This document shows, in pieces, positions 39,893 through 49,397 of a stretch of 63,757 nt of DNA (the first letter of the stretch is position 1; every line of letters starts with the position of its first letter). The DNA is from Mollicutes bacterium (lineage in GTDB: Bacteria; Bacillota_I; Bacilli_A; Izemoplasmatales; Izemoplasmataceae): positions 1-63,757 of the forward strand of contig PWOH01000029.1 of assembly GCA_003557505.1 (NCBI GenBank). Direction: 5' to 3'. Made by a program: the position numbers and the translations under genes. Below the pieces are notes generated by a model. That model was not told the DNA's origin. It saw only the letters and a list, made by a program, of their open reading frames with translations, and ran no database searches.

Positions 39893-40567
39893 ATGAGAGT
39901 CATAACATTTAATACCTTAAGTTCAACAAATGATTATTTAAAAGAACATATCAGTGCTTTTGATGAAGCGATTTGTATTCATGCACTTCATCAGACTAAT
40001 GGCCGTGGCAGGCGAGGACGAACCTGGAAAGCCAAAAATGGTGAAAATCTTCTAGTTTCTATTTATCATCCCTCCATATCAACAAATGCTCGTGCTTTAT
40101 GGATAAGCATTCTTTCAGTTATTAAAACACTGAGTGATTATGACGTTTCCGCTGATATTAAACTCCCTAATGATATCCTTGTCGATAATCGGAAAATAGC
40201 TGGAATTTTAATAGAACACTTACGCGGAAAACAAAAAATCATTGCGGGGGTTGGCTTCAATGTAAACGAAGTCTTTGAAGATGTCTTTCTAAATGCTTCG
40301 TCACTCAAATTTTTAACGGGTGAAAATCATGATATTAATGACATTCGTGATGAACTACTGGGACATTTTGAAACACTCATTCAATATTCTGATGCCGAAC
40401 TACTTGAAATCTTCAAAACGCAGTTATTTAAGAAGAAAATCAGGGCATTTCTTGGTGATAAAGGTGTAGTGGTCCGTGATATTGATGAAAATTTTAACTG
40501 TAAAATCAATGAAGAGTGGATGAGTTGTGATAACTTAGAATTTGTGCCACCACTATCAGAGGAATAA
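39893..40567 (+). CDS. birA: Biotin--[acetyl-CoA-carboxylase] ligase, group I (no N-terminal HTH)
   Basis: 224 aa. QTNGRGRRGRTW (GRGRxGR) motif and KLPNDILVDNRKIAGILIE. Lies just upstream of the acc genes. Confidence 0.9.
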   Translation: MRVITFNTLSSTNDYLKEHISAFDEAICIHALHQTNGRGRRGRTWKAKNGENLLVSIYHPSISTNARALWISILSVIKTLSDYDVSADIKLPNDILVDNRKIAGILIEHLRGKQKIIAGVGFNVNEVFEDVFLNASSLKFLTGENHDINDIRDELLGHFETLIQYSDAELLEIFKTQLFKKKIRAFLGDKGVVVRDIDENFNCKINEEWMSCDNLEFVPPLSEE

Positions 40568-40770
40568 ACAAAAGGTTCATGTACGTACTAACAATTTCGT
40601 ATAAAAACTATAATTAAATTCATATAGATCATGAAAACGGTCCGCATTGTATAAAATAGCGCAGTGTAGGCCTTTTTTCTTTGCGGTGAAATGGAGTTAT
40701 ATTCATTATCTATTAATTTGATTGTTAGTATGCATATGCCGATTATCTAATTAAAGCGTTTACGAAATGC

Positions 40771-40783
40771 TTTGAATATCAAA
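40771..40783. promoter_or_regulatory. FabT-box-like palindrome, copy 1 (upstream of acpP)
   Basis: TTTGAATATCAAA, a perfect TTTGA-N3-TCAAA palindrome, lies 5 nt upstream of the acpP -35 element. Confidence 0.4.
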
Positions 40784-40788
40784 ACTTA

Positions 40789-40817
40789 TTGACATCTATA
40801 GGGGTTGCATTTATAAT
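40789..40817 (+). promoter_or_regulatory. Consensus SigA promoter of the acpP/FAS cluster
   Basis: TTGACA (40789-40794), 17-nt spacer, TATAAT (40812-40817). Confidence 0.7.
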
Positions 40818-40865
40818 GCATCTTATGAAGGATATTTTGCACTTCAGATAAAGGAGGGTTGAAAC

Positions 40866-41090
40866 ATGTTCGAAAAAGTACAATCAGTTGTCGCTGAAGA
40901 GCTCGGTGTTGAAAAAGACGATGTCACGATGGAAGCTAGCATTCTTGATGATCTTGGCGCAGACTCATTAGATGTCGTAGAGTTAATTATGGCGTTAGAA
41001 GAGGAATTTAACATAGAAGTTAGCGACGACAAAGCACAATCAATGAAAACAATTAAAGATGTTATCGAATATATCGAATCACAACAATAA
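40866..41090 (+). CDS. acpP: Acyl carrier protein
   Basis: 74 aa. LGADSLD phosphopantetheine-attachment motif. AAGGAGGG RBS. Confidence 0.97.
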   Translation: MFEKVQSVVAEELGVEKDDVTMEASILDDLGADSLDVVELIMALEEEFNIEVSDDKAQSMKTIKDVIEYIESQQ

Positions 41091-41125
41091 CCTAATTATC
41101 ATATATTTTTTTATCTTATAAAATA

Positions 41126-41138
41126 TTTGAATATCAAA
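41126..41138. promoter_or_regulatory. FabT-box-like palindrome, copy 2 (upstream of accB)
   Basis: Identical TTTGAATATCAAA, 19 nt before the accB ATG. Confidence 0.4.
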
Positions 41139-41157
41139 GTATCTAGGAGATGTTCTC

Positions 41158-41604
41158 ATGAATAATAGAGAATTAAAAACAATCATAAAGTTGTTCGAAG
41201 ACTCAGAGCTTTCCAGTATGAAACTTGAGAAAGATGATGTAAAAATTGAGCTTCACAAACCTAAACCAAACGAACCGCAAACACTGCAACATACTGTCGC
41301 ACCACAGCCTAGTCAACCGACCCCTTCACAACCAGAAGCTCCAGTTGAAAAACCAACAGAAAAAACTAACTATACAGAAGTGAAAGCCCCTTTGGTGGGC
41401 ACTTACTATGAAGCGGCCGCCCCTGATCAGCCACCATTTGTCAGAGAAGGTCAAACCGTTAGAAAAGGGGATACGCTTTGTATCATCGAAGCGATGAAGG
41501 TCATGAATGAAATATCTGCGCCTAAAGATGGAAAAGTTGTTAACATCCATGTTGAAAACGGTGATATGGTTATGTATGATCAAGTTGTCCTGGAGATTGA
41601 ATAA
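41158..41604 (+). CDS. accB: Biotin carboxyl carrier protein
   Basis: 148 aa. P/Q-rich linker. EAMKVMNEI biotinylation motif. Confidence 0.95.
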   Translation: MNNRELKTIIKLFEDSELSSMKLEKDDVKIELHKPKPNEPQTLQHTVAPQPSQPTPSQPEAPVEKPTEKTNYTEVKAPLVGTYYEAAAPDQPPFVREGQTVRKGDTLCIIEAMKVMNEISAPKDGKVVNIHVENGDMVMYDQVVLEIE

Positions 41605-42956
41605 TGTTACAAAAAATACTCATTGCCAATCGTGGTGAAATTGCAGACCGTATTATACGTAGTTGTAAACAACTTGGGATTGATACGGTAGCTGTCTACT
41701 CACAGGCAGATAAGGATTCACTTCATGTTCATCTTGCAGATGAGGCTGTATGTATAGGGAAGACCAGTGCGACTGAAAGTTATTTAAATATGGAAAACAT
41801 CATTAGTGCCGCAATTAATACAGGTGCCGAAGCAATTCACCCAGGCTTCGGCTTTTTGAGCGAAAACGCAAAGTTTGCGGAGTTATGCGAATCTTGTGAC
41901 ATAACATTCATCGGCCCATCGGCCGTGGTAATTGAAAAAATGGGTGATAAATCTATGGCGAAAAAACTGATGAAAGAAGCAGGGGTTCCTTTAGTTCCCG
42001 GGAGTGCCGAAGAAGTGACGTTAGAAGAAGGTCAAAAACTTGCGAAAAAAATCGGTTGTCCCTTATTGATTAAAGCTTCTGCAGGTGGTGGGGGTCGCGG
42101 TATGCGCATTGTTCGCTCGCTTGATCAGTTTGAAAAAGCTTTTTATTCCGCTAAACAAGAAGCCAAGGCAGCGTTTGGAAACGATGGTGTTTATATCGAA
42201 AAACTTATTGAAAACCCCAAACATGTTGAGGTTCAGATTCTAGCGGATAAGTACAAGAATATCATCCACTTGGGAGAACGTGATTGTAGTATTCAACGTC
42301 GAAATCAAAAAGTCATTGAAGAAGCACCAGCAATGATCAGTGACAAACTGCGAGATAAGATGTATAAAGCGGCGATTAAAGCGGCTGAATATGTTAGCTA
42401 TGAAAATGCCGGAACCGTGGAATTTGTTGTTAAAGACGATGAATTTTTCTTTATTGAAATGAATACGCGAATTCAAGTCGAACATCCGGTGAGTGAAATG
42501 ATCAGCGGGGTAGACATCATTAAAGAACAAATCCGTATCGCTTCTGGAGAAGAGATGCAGTTGAAACAAGATTCCATTCATTTCAGTGGTCATGCAATTG
42601 AGGTTCGTTTAAATGCCGAAAATCCCAAAAAGAACTTTCAACCCTCACCTGGTCGTGTCGAACTTTTACATATCCCTCAAGGCCTAGGCATAAGGTTTGA
42701 TTCTATGTTATATACGGATTATGAAATTCCACCGTACTATGATTCCATGATTGGCAAACTCATTGTACATGGTAAAGACAGATTAGATGCAATTAGGAAT
42801 TTAAGAGCTGCTTTAGAAGAGTTAATTATCGAAGGCATTGATACGAACCAGTATTTTCTAATGATGATATTGATGCAAGATGTCTTTGTCAAAGGCGATA
42901 TAGATACATCGTTTATTGAGAAATATATCGAGAGGTTGTTGGATTATGAAGCGTGA
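41604..42956 (+). CDS. accC: Biotin carboxylase
   Basis: 450 aa. Begins ILIANRGEIA. ATP-grasp motifs. Confidence 0.97.
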   Translation: MLQKILIANRGEIADRIIRSCKQLGIDTVAVYSQADKDSLHVHLADEAVCIGKTSATESYLNMENIISAAINTGAEAIHPGFGFLSENAKFAELCESCDITFIGPSAVVIEKMGDKSMAKKLMKEAGVPLVPGSAEEVTLEEGQKLAKKIGCPLLIKASAGGGGRGMRIVRSLDQFEKAFYSAKQEAKAAFGNDGVYIEKLIENPKHVEVQILADKYKNIIHLGERDCSIQRRNQKVIEEAPAMISDKLRDKMYKAAIKAAEYVSYENAGTVEFVVKDDEFFFIEMNTRIQVEHPVSEMISGVDIIKEQIRIASGEEMQLKQDSIHFSGHAIEVRLNAENPKKNFQPSPGRVELLHIPQGLGIRFDSMLYTDYEIPPYYDSMIGKLIVHGKDRLDAIRNLRAALEELIIEGIDTNQYFLMMILMQDVFVKGDIDTSFIEKYIERLLDYEA

Positions 42957-43836
42957 TGTCTTAAAAAATGCGTTTGATAAACAACGCCAGTTTAAATCCA
43001 AAACAGTCTCTTATCGTAAAAAACCCCTTCAAAGTGCTAAACAACCTGATGTCCCCAAAGGACTATATGAAAAATGCCAAAGTTGTGGAAAAACCTTTAT
43101 TGCCAAAGATATGATTAAAAATATGTTCGTTTGTCCATCGTGTGACAATCATTTTAGGCTTCGTGCCATCGACAGATTAAATATCACTGTCGACCCCCAT
43201 TCGTTTTTAGAAAAGGGTCTCGGATATATCACCCTAGATCCATTGTTTATCGATGGTTACGAACAAAAAGTTGCTGATTATAAAAAACAAACAAATCTAG
43301 ATGAGGCTTACATTTACGGCTATGCTCAAATTGAAAGTATTCCCTGTGTGATTGGCATCATGGATTCACACTTCATGATGGGATCGATGGGGAGTGTCGT
43401 AGGGGAAAAAGTTACGAAAAGTATCGAGTATGCGATGGTGAAGCGTCTACCGTTAATTATGTTTGTAGCGTCTGGTGGTGCCCGGATGCAAGAAGGAATC
43501 TTTTCATTAATGCAAATGGCTAAAACCTCTGGTGCGTTAAAGAAACTTGATGAACAAGGATTGCTTTTTGTTAGTGTCCTTACCCATCCAACCACCGGTG
43601 GCGTAACCGCATCATTTGCTTCACTTGGTGATATTATCTTAGCTGAACCTAATGCTTTAATTGGGTTTGCTGGACCCAGGGTTATCAAACAAACGATTAA
43701 ACAGGATTTACCAGAAGGCTTTCAACGTGCGGAGTTCCTTAAAGATAAGGGGATGGTGGATAAAGTCGTTCATCGCCACGCCCTTAAGGATACTTTGCAT
43801 ACGATTTTAAAAATGCATCAAGGTGGAAGTGAATAA
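42946..43836 (+). CDS. accD: Acetyl-CoA carboxylase carboxyltransferase beta
   Basis: Zinc ribbon CQSCGK...CPSCDNH. ATG at 42946 overlaps the end of accC. Confidence 0.95.
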   Translation: MKRDVLKNAFDKQRQFKSKTVSYRKKPLQSAKQPDVPKGLYEKCQSCGKTFIAKDMIKNMFVCPSCDNHFRLRAIDRLNITVDPHSFLEKGLGYITLDPLFIDGYEQKVADYKKQTNLDEAYIYGYAQIESIPCVIGIMDSHFMMGSMGSVVGEKVTKSIEYAMVKRLPLIMFVASGGARMQEGIFSLMQMAKTSGALKKLDEQGLLFVSVLTHPTTGGVTASFASLGDIILAEPNALIGFAGPRVIKQTIKQDLPEGFQRAEFLKDKGMVDKVVHRHALKDTLHTILKMHQGGSE

Positions 43837-43839
43837 CCT

Positions 43840-44796
43840 ATGGATATATTAAAAAAAGAGAAGAAACTGATAAAACTTGAAGAAGAACTAATAGAGTTGG
43901 ATGACGAGAAGAAAATTGAATCAATTAAAAGTAAAATTGAAGATTACAAACACGGTATGATGCAAGATTTAAGTGCTTGGGATCGTGTGATGTTAGCGCG
44001 TCATATGAAACGACCTACCAGCAAAGATGTTATCAATGCTGTATTTGATGATTTTATAGAATTACATGGCGATCGAAACTTTGGTGACGATAAAGCCATT
44101 ATTGGTGGTATCGCGTATTTTAATGGCCAACCAGTGACTATTATTGCCCAACAAAAAGGGAAAACAACGGAAGAGAATATCGAATCTAATTTCGCGATGC
44201 CACATCCAGAAGGATATCGTAAAGCATTGCGTTTGATGAAACAAGCTGAAAAATTCAATCGCCCGATTATCACGTTGATTGATACACCAGGCGCTTTTCC
44301 CGGAATTGGGGCCGAAGCACGTGGCCAAGGCGAAGCCATTGCACGCAATCTCTTTGAGATGAGTGCAATAGAAGTGCCGATTATTAGTATTGTTATTGGT
44401 GAAGGTGGCTCTGGTGGTGCACTGGCAATCGGTGTTGCCAATGAAGTGCATATGCTAGAAAATGCGATTTATTCCATCCTATCCCCAGAAGGCTACGCTT
44501 CCATATTATGGAAAGATGCAAAAAAAGCGAAAAACGCCGCTGAAGTCATGAAACTTACCAGTTACGATTTACTTGATTTCGGTGTCATTGAAGGCATTAT
44601 CAAAGAACCAATCGGTGGAGCGCATCACAATCCCACACAAACCTATGAAGCCATTGGGAAAAGACTGCAACAATCGATTGAATCATATTATAATCGCAGT
44701 AGCTATGAAATTAAGACAGCACGTTACACAAAATTTCGAAAAATCGGGTTTTTCCAACGCTTTAATTATGATAATCTTAAAGGAGTGGTCAAATGA
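43840..44796 (+). CDS. accA: Acetyl-CoA carboxylase carboxyltransferase alpha
   Basis: 318 aa. Contains IDTPGAFPGIGAEARGQGEAIA. Confidence 0.96.
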   Translation: MDILKKEKKLIKLEEELIELDDEKKIESIKSKIEDYKHGMMQDLSAWDRVMLARHMKRPTSKDVINAVFDDFIELHGDRNFGDDKAIIGGIAYFNGQPVTIIAQQKGKTTEENIESNFAMPHPEGYRKALRLMKQAEKFNRPIITLIDTPGAFPGIGAEARGQGEAIARNLFEMSAIEVPIISIVIGEGGSGGALAIGVANEVHMLENAIYSILSPEGYASILWKDAKKAKNAAEVMKLTSYDLLDFGVIEGIIKEPIGGAHHNPTQTYEAIGKRLQQSIESYYNRSSYEIKTARYTKFRKIGFFQRFNYDNLKGVVK

Positions 44797-45761
44797 AACA
44801 TACTCAAGTGCTTGGGACAGGGTCTTATGTTCCCAGCAACAGAGTCACCAATGCTGACCTAGAAAAAATAGTGGAAACATCGGATGAATGGATTCAAAGT
44901 CGTACCGGCATTGTAAGTCGTCCGAAAACTATTGATGAAAATACATCAGATTTAGCCTATCAAGCAGCTTTAAAAGCACTTGATAATGCAAACTTAACTG
45001 CACAAGATATTGATTTAATAATCGTTGCTACAGTAACCAGTGATTACCAGTTCCCGGGCGTTTCACAGTTACTGCAAAAACGTTTGGGATGTCGTTTTAT
45101 TCCAGCCTTTGATCTCAATGCGGCATGTAGTGGATTTATCTATGCCCTCAATGTTGCGGATAAAATGATTAAAAGTGGTACCTATAAAACTGCACTGATT
45201 CTCGGTGCTGAAACATTGACCAAATATACTGATTACACGGACCGAAATACTTGCGTACTGTTTGCGGATGGTGCGGGGGCTATGGTTGTTGGTGAAAGTG
45301 ATGAAGCAAAAATTAAACATATTGTCACCTATGCGGATGGCGATGCCGAAAGCATGTTGAAAATGGATGGTTATCCCTTGAAGGTTGGGTTTGAAACCCC
45401 ACCCCAGAAACGTCCTTTCCTAGAAATGCAAGGCAGTGAAGTCTTTAAATTTGCGACATCAGTCCTTCCTAAGACAATTGAAGAGTTATTAAGTGTAACC
45501 AATCACACCCTTGATGAGGTTGATATAGTCATTGCCCATCAAGCCAATTCACGCATTATCGCCAAAGCGGCGAAGACATTAAAAATTGCACCAGAGAAAA
45601 TGTATGTCAATATTGATCGTTTTGGAAACACCTCAGCCGCTAGTGTGCCACTGGCGATTGATGAGGCTATCAAAACTGGAAAACTTAAAAAAGGCGACCT
45701 CTTTGCGACGGTCGCATTTGGAGCCGGTCTAACATGGGGCGGCGCACTGATTAGACTATAA
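44793..45761 (+). CDS. fabH: 3-oxoacyl-ACP synthase III
   Basis: 322 aa. AACSGF active-site Cys. HQAN and GNTSAAS motifs. Confidence 0.96.
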   Translation: MKHTQVLGTGSYVPSNRVTNADLEKIVETSDEWIQSRTGIVSRPKTIDENTSDLAYQAALKALDNANLTAQDIDLIIVATVTSDYQFPGVSQLLQKRLGCRFIPAFDLNAACSGFIYALNVADKMIKSGTYKTALILGAETLTKYTDYTDRNTCVLFADGAGAMVVGESDEAKIKHIVTYADGDAESMLKMDGYPLKVGFETPPQKRPFLEMQGSEVFKFATSVLPKTIEELLSVTNHTLDEVDIVIAHQANSRIIAKAAKTLKIAPEKMYVNIDRFGNTSAASVPLAIDEAIKTGKLKKGDLFATVAFGAGLTWGGALIRL

Positions 45762-45782
45762 CGAATCCATAGGAGCGTTACT

Positions 45783-46697
45783 ATGAAAATTGCGTTTTTA
45801 TTTTCTCCCCAAGGGGCCCAATATGCCGGCATGGGGAAAGACCTTTACGATAATAACGAAATAGTGAAACAACGGATTGATGAAGCTGACAGTTACTTAA
45901 ATTATGACTTGAAAAATGTCATGTTTGATAACGAAGAGGCCCTAAACTCTACTCGGTATGTTCAAGTGGCGATTTTTACGCTGAGTAGTGCGATTCGTGA
46001 TGCCTTGAAACAAGAAGGCATTGTCAGTAGTGGGAGCGTTGGATTATCTTTGGGTGAATATGCGGCGTTTTACGATCGTGGTGTTTTTGATTTTTACCAG
46101 GGGGTACAAACCGTTGAGCACCGCGGCTTTTTCATGCATGAGGCCACGAAAAAAACCACAGGATCCATGGCGGCGGTTCGCGGACAATTGGATGTAATAG
46201 AGCCACTTGTCAATCAAATTGAAAACTTGTATGTTGCGAATTATAATTTGGCGAATCAATATGTAATTTCTGGTGACCCCAAAAGCATTGAAATTTTTGC
46301 TGAACGGGCTAAAGAAAACGGCATTAGGCGGGTAACCCCACTTAAAACAGCGGGTGCCTTTCATACGCCTTATATGCGTGATGCAGCCTTAGCGTTTGGT
46401 GAATACCTTAAAATGAGTCGGTTTAACGAACCATCAGGCGGATTATACCTCAATACAACAGGGGCTCTATATGATAAAGATATCAAAACCCATATGATCA
46501 ATCAAATCACCTCGCCTGTGAAATTTTATCCCGCGATTGAAGCGATGATTGCGGATGGCTATGACACATTCATCGAATGTGGGGTTAAAAACACCTTGGC
46601 CTCAATGGTGAAAAAAATAGATAAATCTGTTCAAACGTATCATGTTGAAGATATAAAAACCCTTAATAATGTAATCAAGGAGTTGAATGAATCATGA
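45783..46697 (+). CDS. fabD: Malonyl-CoA:ACP transacylase
   Basis: 304 aa. GLSLGEY active-site Ser. Confidence 0.94.
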   Translation: MKIAFLFSPQGAQYAGMGKDLYDNNEIVKQRIDEADSYLNYDLKNVMFDNEEALNSTRYVQVAIFTLSSAIRDALKQEGIVSSGSVGLSLGEYAAFYDRGVFDFYQGVQTVEHRGFFMHEATKKTTGSMAAVRGQLDVIEPLVNQIENLYVANYNLANQYVISGDPKSIEIFAERAKENGIRRVTPLKTAGAFHTPYMRDAALAFGEYLKMSRFNEPSGGLYLNTTGALYDKDIKTHMINQITSPVKFYPAIEAMIADGYDTFIECGVKNTLASMVKKIDKSVQTYHVEDIKTLNNVIKELNES

Positions 46698-47431
46698 ATG
46701 AAAAACGAACTGTTTTAATTACGGGTGCATCACGTGGAATCGGGCGTGCACTAGCGATGGCCTTTGGTGAAAATGGTGATAATGTCGTTGTAAACTACCG
46801 CCGCAGCGAACAAAGTGCTCAAACCATCGTTGAAGCCATTAAAAAAGCTGGTGGTGATGCACTTGCATTGAAGGCTGATGTCAGTGATTTTGATGAAGCG
46901 AAAACACTGGTTGAGCAAACGATCGAACATTTTGGAAGTATTGATGTATTAATTAACAATTCAGGCATCACCAAAGATACCTTGATGCTTCGAATGAAAG
47001 AAGAAGATTTTGATGATGTAATCAACGTCAATCTTAAAGGCAGTTGGAATATGATTAAACATGTCACCCGTCCGATGTTCAAACAAAAGTCTGGTCGCAT
47101 CATTAATATTTCTAGTGTAGTAGGATTAATCGGGAATCCCGGTCAAACCAACTACGTCGCCTCCAAAGCAGCTGTCAATGGGATGACTAAATCATTGGCA
47201 AAAGAATATGGTAAGAAGAATATAACTGTTAACGCAATCGCGCCAGGGTTTATTGAGACCGAAATGACGGATGCACTCAGTGATGAAATTAAGGATGCAT
47301 ATCGTGCTCAAATTCCATTGAATCGCTTTGGAAAAACAGATGATATTGCGAAGACTGCTTTATTTTTAGCGAGCAAAGATGCCGGCTATATTACCGGTCA
47401 AATAATTAGTGTTAATGGGGGGATGGTTTAA
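46694..47431 (+). CDS. fabG: 3-oxoacyl-ACP reductase
   Basis: 245 aa SDR. TGASRGIG and YVASKAAV motifs. Confidence 0.95.
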   Translation: MNEKRTVLITGASRGIGRALAMAFGENGDNVVVNYRRSEQSAQTIVEAIKKAGGDALALKADVSDFDEAKTLVEQTIEHFGSIDVLINNSGITKDTLMLRMKEEDFDDVINVNLKGSWNMIKHVTRPMFKQKSGRIINISSVVGLIGNPGQTNYVASKAAVNGMTKSLAKEYGKKNITVNAIAPGFIETEMTDALSDEIKDAYRAQIPLNRFGKTDDIAKTALFLASKDAGYITGQIISVNGGMV

Positions 47432-48669
47432 TGAAACGCAGAGTCGTAATTACAGGATTAGGGTCAATTAATCCACTAGGGAATAGTGTTGATGATTCGT
47501 GGCAAGCCGCTCAAAAAGGGGCAAATGGGATTGACATAATCAAAAGAATTAATACCGATGAACTTGATGTCAAGATTGCCGGAGAAGTCAAAGGATTTGA
47601 TGCTCAAGAATATTTTGGGAAAAAGCAGTTCAAACGTCTAGACCGATTTACCCAATTGGCGATGAAAGCCACTGATGAGGCCATTGAAGATTCTAATTTA
47701 GACCTTTCAGCTATTGATTTAAAGCGCGCTGGTGTCTTTTATTCAAGTGGTATTGGTGGATTAGAAACCATTGCTGAACAAGAAGACAAAGCCAAAGAAA
47801 AAGGCTATAATAGAATTAGTCCCTTCTTTATTCCGATGTCTATCATTAACATTGCGGCAGGAAATATTGCCATCAAGTATGGTTTCAGAGGCGCGGCAAC
47901 TTCAAGTGTTACAGCTTGTGCCTCAGCAACAAATACCATTGGTGATGCGTTTAGAAGTATTCGTGATGGCTATCATGAAGTCATTATCAGTGGTGGATCA
48001 GAAGCGTCTATCACACCGCTTGGTTTAAGTGGGTTTAAAGTCATGCATGCTTTGAGTCGTTCCAACGATCCTGCAAATGCCTCTAAACCTTTCGATCTCA
48101 ATCGCAGCGGATTTGTGATGGGAGAAGGGGCTGGAACATTGATTTTAGAAGAACTTGAACACGCCAAAAAGCGTGGCGCAAAAATTTATGGTGAAGTTAT
48201 TGGCTATGGGTCGACCTGTGACGCTCATCACATGACAAGTCCCGATCCAGAAGGCAAAGGTGCTTACAACTGTATGCTAAATGCATTGGAAGATGGTGGC
48301 ATCGATAAAAATGATGTTGGCTATATTAACGCGCATGGAACGTCAACACCACTTAATGATAAAATTGAAACCTTAGCGATTAGAAACCTTTTTGAAGAAC
48401 ATGCGAACAATCTTCTCGTTTCTTCTACAAAGTCCATGACAGGGCATTTGTTGGGGGCTAGCGGAGCGGTTGAAGGAATCTTTGCGGTGCTAGCCTTACG
48501 TGATGGCTTTGTGCCACCAACGATTAACTTTGAAGATCAAGATCCAGAATGTGATTTGAACTATACCGCTAATAAAGGGGTTAAAACTTCACTGAAATAC
48601 GCAATTTCTAATTCACTCGGTTTTGGTGGACATAACGCCACCCTTGCCTTTAAAAAGTGGGAGGAATAA
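47431..48669 (+). CDS. fabF: 3-oxoacyl-ACP synthase II
   Basis: 412 aa. ACASATN active-site Cys. HGTSTP and GHLLGASG motifs. Confidence 0.96.
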   Translation: MKRRVVITGLGSINPLGNSVDDSWQAAQKGANGIDIIKRINTDELDVKIAGEVKGFDAQEYFGKKQFKRLDRFTQLAMKATDEAIEDSNLDLSAIDLKRAGVFYSSGIGGLETIAEQEDKAKEKGYNRISPFFIPMSIINIAAGNIAIKYGFRGAATSSVTACASATNTIGDAFRSIRDGYHEVIISGGSEASITPLGLSGFKVMHALSRSNDPANASKPFDLNRSGFVMGEGAGTLILEELEHAKKRGAKIYGEVIGYGSTCDAHHMTSPDPEGKGAYNCMLNALEDGGIDKNDVGYINAHGTSTPLNDKIETLAIRNLFEEHANNLLVSSTKSMTGHLLGASGAVEGIFAVLALRDGFVPPTINFEDQDPECDLNYTANKGVKTSLKYAISNSLGFGGHNATLAFKKWEE

Positions 48670-48671
48670 CT

Positions 48672-49103
48672 GTGAAATTAAACAGTAACGAAATTCAAAA
48701 GATTATTCCCCATCGTCATCCCTTCATTTTAGTTGATAGAGTGGATGCGTTAACCGAAGGTGAATACGTCAAAGCTATCAAAAATGTAACAGTCAGTGAG
48801 CCGTTTTTCGAAGGGCACTTTCCTCATCATCATGTGATGCCCGGTGTCTTAATTGTGGAAGCATTGGCTCAAGCTGGTGCAATCGCTATTCTTAAAAAGG
48901 AAGAGTTTGCAGGAAAAACAGCCCTTTTTGCCGGTATTGATAAATGTCGTTTTAAACGTCAAGTCATCCCGGGTGATACGTTGACACTAGAAGTTGAAAT
49001 TACTAAAATTAAAGGTCCGGTTGGAAAAGGAAAGGCCACCGCAACAGTAGATGGAGAACTTGCTGTTAGTGCGGAAATTACGTTTGCTATCAATATTAAA
49101 TAA
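48672..49103 (+). CDS. fabZ: 3-hydroxyacyl-ACP dehydratase
   Basis: HRHPFILVD and [12 protein letters not shown] motifs. GTG at 48672 sits 6-7 nt after GGGAGGA. The ORF track starts at an in-frame GTG at 48657. Confidence 0.93.
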   Translation: MKLNSNEIQKIIPHRHPFILVDRVDALTEGEYVKAIKNVTVSEPFFEGHFPHHHVMPGVLIVEALAQAGAIAILKKEEFAGKTALFAGIDKCRFKRQVIPGDTLTLEVEITKIKGPVGKGKATATVDGELAVSAEITFAINIK

Positions 49104-49108
49104 TCTTG

Positions 49109-49146
49109 ACGTTTCCGCAAATCAAAATTGCGGAAACGTTTTTTTG
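49109..49146 (+). terminator. Rho-independent terminator closing the FAS cluster
   Basis: ACGTTTCCGCA-aatcaaaat-TGCGGAAACGT hairpin followed by a T7 run. Confidence 0.9.
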
Positions 49147-49181
49147 TGGAAAATGTTATAATTGAACCAAGGAGTGAAATT

Positions 49182-49379
49182 ATGTCCATTCAAAGAAAAG
49201 ATATCCACCTCGGCACACGGGTCCAAGTCGTGCGAAAAGAAGACCAACGCAGCGGGAAATTGACAGAAGGAACAGTTGCGAAAATTTTAACCAATTCCCC
49301 CCACCATCCCCATGGCATCAAAGTTAAACTTGAAGATGGTCAGGTGGGACGTGTCAAGGCGATTATCGACAATACTTAA
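49182..49379 (+). CDS. YwbE/DUF2196-like small protein
   Basis: 65 aa. Contains RSGKLTEGTV..ILT.S..HPHGIKV.L.DGQVGRV. AGGAG RBS. Confidence 0.8.
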   Translation: MSIQRKDIHLGTRVQVVRKEDQRSGKLTEGTVAKILTNSPHHPHGIKVKLEDGQVGRVKAIIDNT

Positions 49380-49397
49380 TGATTATGAGGGAGAATT

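Noticed and set aside
40715-40740. TTAGTATGCATATGCC region (contains the TATGCATA palindrome) upstream of acpP, considered as a FapR operator
   Set aside because: It is only an 8-bp AT-rich palindrome, is not repeated elsewhere in the cluster, and does not match the FapR inverted repeat as I remember it. The TTTGAATATCAAA boxes are the better operator candidates.
40568-40770. The ~200-bp non-coding stretch after birA, considered as a decayed fabT gene or a riboswitch
   Set aside because: No frame gives more than ~20 codons or anything MarR-like. I recognised no riboswitch core motif. It may still hold the birA terminator and upstream promoter elements.
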